Assembly (NCBI GenBank): GCA_008690995.1
Contig: VRMN01000013.1
Coordinates: forward strand, 248,001 to 312,000
Source: Porphyridium purpureum
Taxonomy: Eukaryota
DNA length: 64,000 nucleotides
Direction of reading: 5' to 3'
Each line of letters starts with the position of its first letter. Position 1 is the stretch's first letter. Position numbers and translations under genes: made by a program. Positions 62,419 through 64,000 of this stretch are shown piece after piece. The notes beneath the pieces are model-generated. The model searched no databases. It was not told the origin of the DNA and saw only the letters and a list, made by a program, of their open reading frames with translations.

Positions 62419-63063
62419 CCTGAGAATGGCTAATCAAGTAATGGGTTTCGCGCCGGGCTGTGCTTGCAGTGATATTAGTTTGTGTCTCTCTGTCACGGGC
62501 CTGGCTTTTGACTTGTTTCGCAACGCAAAACTCAGTGATTGATGCTGTTTCAGCGGCCTTCCTGCCGAAGCAGCTCTCTTCTTTTGCCTGAGGACCAGCT
62601 GTCTCTCGGCGTCGGCATGACATGAGACTTCCTACTTCTTAAGTACTTCACGCTGCACAATTCGTATTCGATCTGCCTCTTGTCGCAAATTAGAACCCAC
62701 CTGTGCGTCCGACACTATCTGTGAAAATGAATCGCTGCCCTCTTCGCTTCCATCAAACCTTGTTTCGATTTTTCTCTTGCAGACATGACTACGAGAGCAT
62801 GTTTAGTACACAGCAGCGCGGTGTTGCTTCTTAGAATGCACGTGGGCGAGTCTGCGTGTGTGCGAAAGTGCGTTCAAACACGCTAGAATACAGGGACTCT
62901 GCGCACGTGGAGTGTGCGCTTGCGTCACCCACCGTTTCTAACAGAGAAACCCGGTGCACGCCAGTCGATCTGACAGTCCAATCAAGTGCCATCTAACGCG
63001 CGTGAAGGCAACGGAAAGAGAGGGCCTTCTTCCTGAAGAACGTCGCACGATATATCGCCGAGG

Positions 63064-64000
63064 ATGCCGAAAACCAAGTACACGCACAAGCACTCGAAAG
63101 AAAAGCGGCCCCAGAGGTACCGAAAATATGCTCAACATACAAGAGACGTACATGAAGCGGGACGGTCAAGACGCGGCGACGTACATTCAGCGCTGCCAGC
63201 ACCCAGCTCGACATCACGGTCGGGTGAAGCAGCGCTTGCGTTGGTCACGGAACCACAGCGTGTCGCTTGTGTACATTGCGGAATAAGGGGTTCACACGAT
63301 GGGCCATATGAATCTATTGTGGCGGAACGGCACGAATCTGGTCTATGCCCCCATGAAGCTACACTATCAGACGATGGCTCCGCTCCAGCACCCTTATCAG
63401 GCGCCCGTAGTGCGCTTCTACGGGACGCAGATACATTCCAACAGAGAACAGGGCATGGTCCAAGTTGTATGACCGGACCGGTAGCTCGAATTGGTAGTAC
63501 AAACGAACGAAGAACAATGGATGCAGACAACACTTTCGCTGCACGATCTGACGACACAATGGAAATATTCGAGTATCCACAAGAAAATTCCCGTCCTAAT
63601 TCTGACGAAGAGGATTACTTGCCCGAGCTGCCCGAATCTGAAGACGAATTTCAGGCACCTGAAGAAGCAATGAGCGACGACATACGCTTATTTAACGCCA
63701 TTGCGAATCAGCGGACGACGGAGTTTGAACGAGCACTTGCCTCGGTGCCGGATGCAACGACTTATGCGGAGCGTCATGTTCTTCGAAGGCAGAGCGCAGA
63801 CAATTTCTGCCGGGAGATAGAGCTGGCGTGGACAGAAAGTATTCCTGATAGTGCTCGTCAAGGTAATTTTGCTGCAAATATGACTGCGGCTGATACAGAA
63901 CAAATCTGCGGGAATGCAGATCTAAGCTTTCTTGAGCTTGAGCTCACGAAATTTCGTATCGAGATTGAGCAGTGTCTGCGCCAGTCAAGTGGTTTCATCT
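63064..64000 (+). CDS. Hypothetical protein running off the right edge (>310 aa)
   Basis: ATG at 63064 with the frame open to the window end (MPKTKYTHKH...SDEEDYLPELPESEDEF...); absent from the ORF track because no stop is reached. Confidence 0.5.
   Translation, partial: MPKTKYTHKHSKEKRPQRYRKYAQHTRDVHEAGRSRRGDVHSALPAPSSTSRSGEAALALVTEPQRVACVHCGIRGSHDGPYESIVAERHESGLCPHEATLSDDGSAPAPLSGARSALLRDADTFQQRTGHGPSCMTGPVARIGSTNERRTMDADNTFAARSDDTMEIFEYPQENSRPNSDEEDYLPELPESEDEFQAPEEAMSDDIRLFNAIANQRTTEFERALASVPDATTYAERHVLRRQSADNFCREIELAWTESIPDSARQGNFAANMTAADTEQICGNADLSFLELELTKFRIEIEQCLRQSSGFI

Overview
This is eukaryotic nuclear DNA from a compact, intron-poor, GC-rich photosynthetic organism. A unicellular red alga (Porphyridium-like) is inferred from a nuclear-encoded sigma-70 factor, a Toc34-like protein, a chloroplast glutamyl endopeptidase, 'M-A-F-V'-type transit peptides, E2F and a GT..AG intron. 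Positions 1-50.4 kb are gene-dense with about 21 genes, many in tight head-to-head pairs. They include a bacterial-type TM0106 nuclease-helicase divergent from SUV3 and next to a degenerate YqgF, an AT3-SGNH O-acetyltransferase, TenA, a carotenoid oxygenase, E2F, a secreted Hint-domain protein and three tandem carbohydrate sulfotransferases. Further along are NCA2, an SDR, a histidine phosphatase, a GT-A glycosyltransferase, LFR/ARID1-like, a Toc34-like pseudo-GTPase, PFK, CGEP, a sigma factor and an ArfGAP. From about 50.5 kb GC content drops and the region is accessory or decayed: a truncated Ty5/copia-type LTR element with a half-tRNA PBS, unidentified decayed ORFs, two orphan ORFs, and D-LDH and DIS3 pseudogene-like copies. 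All family calls come from recognising motifs by eye; no database searches were run.
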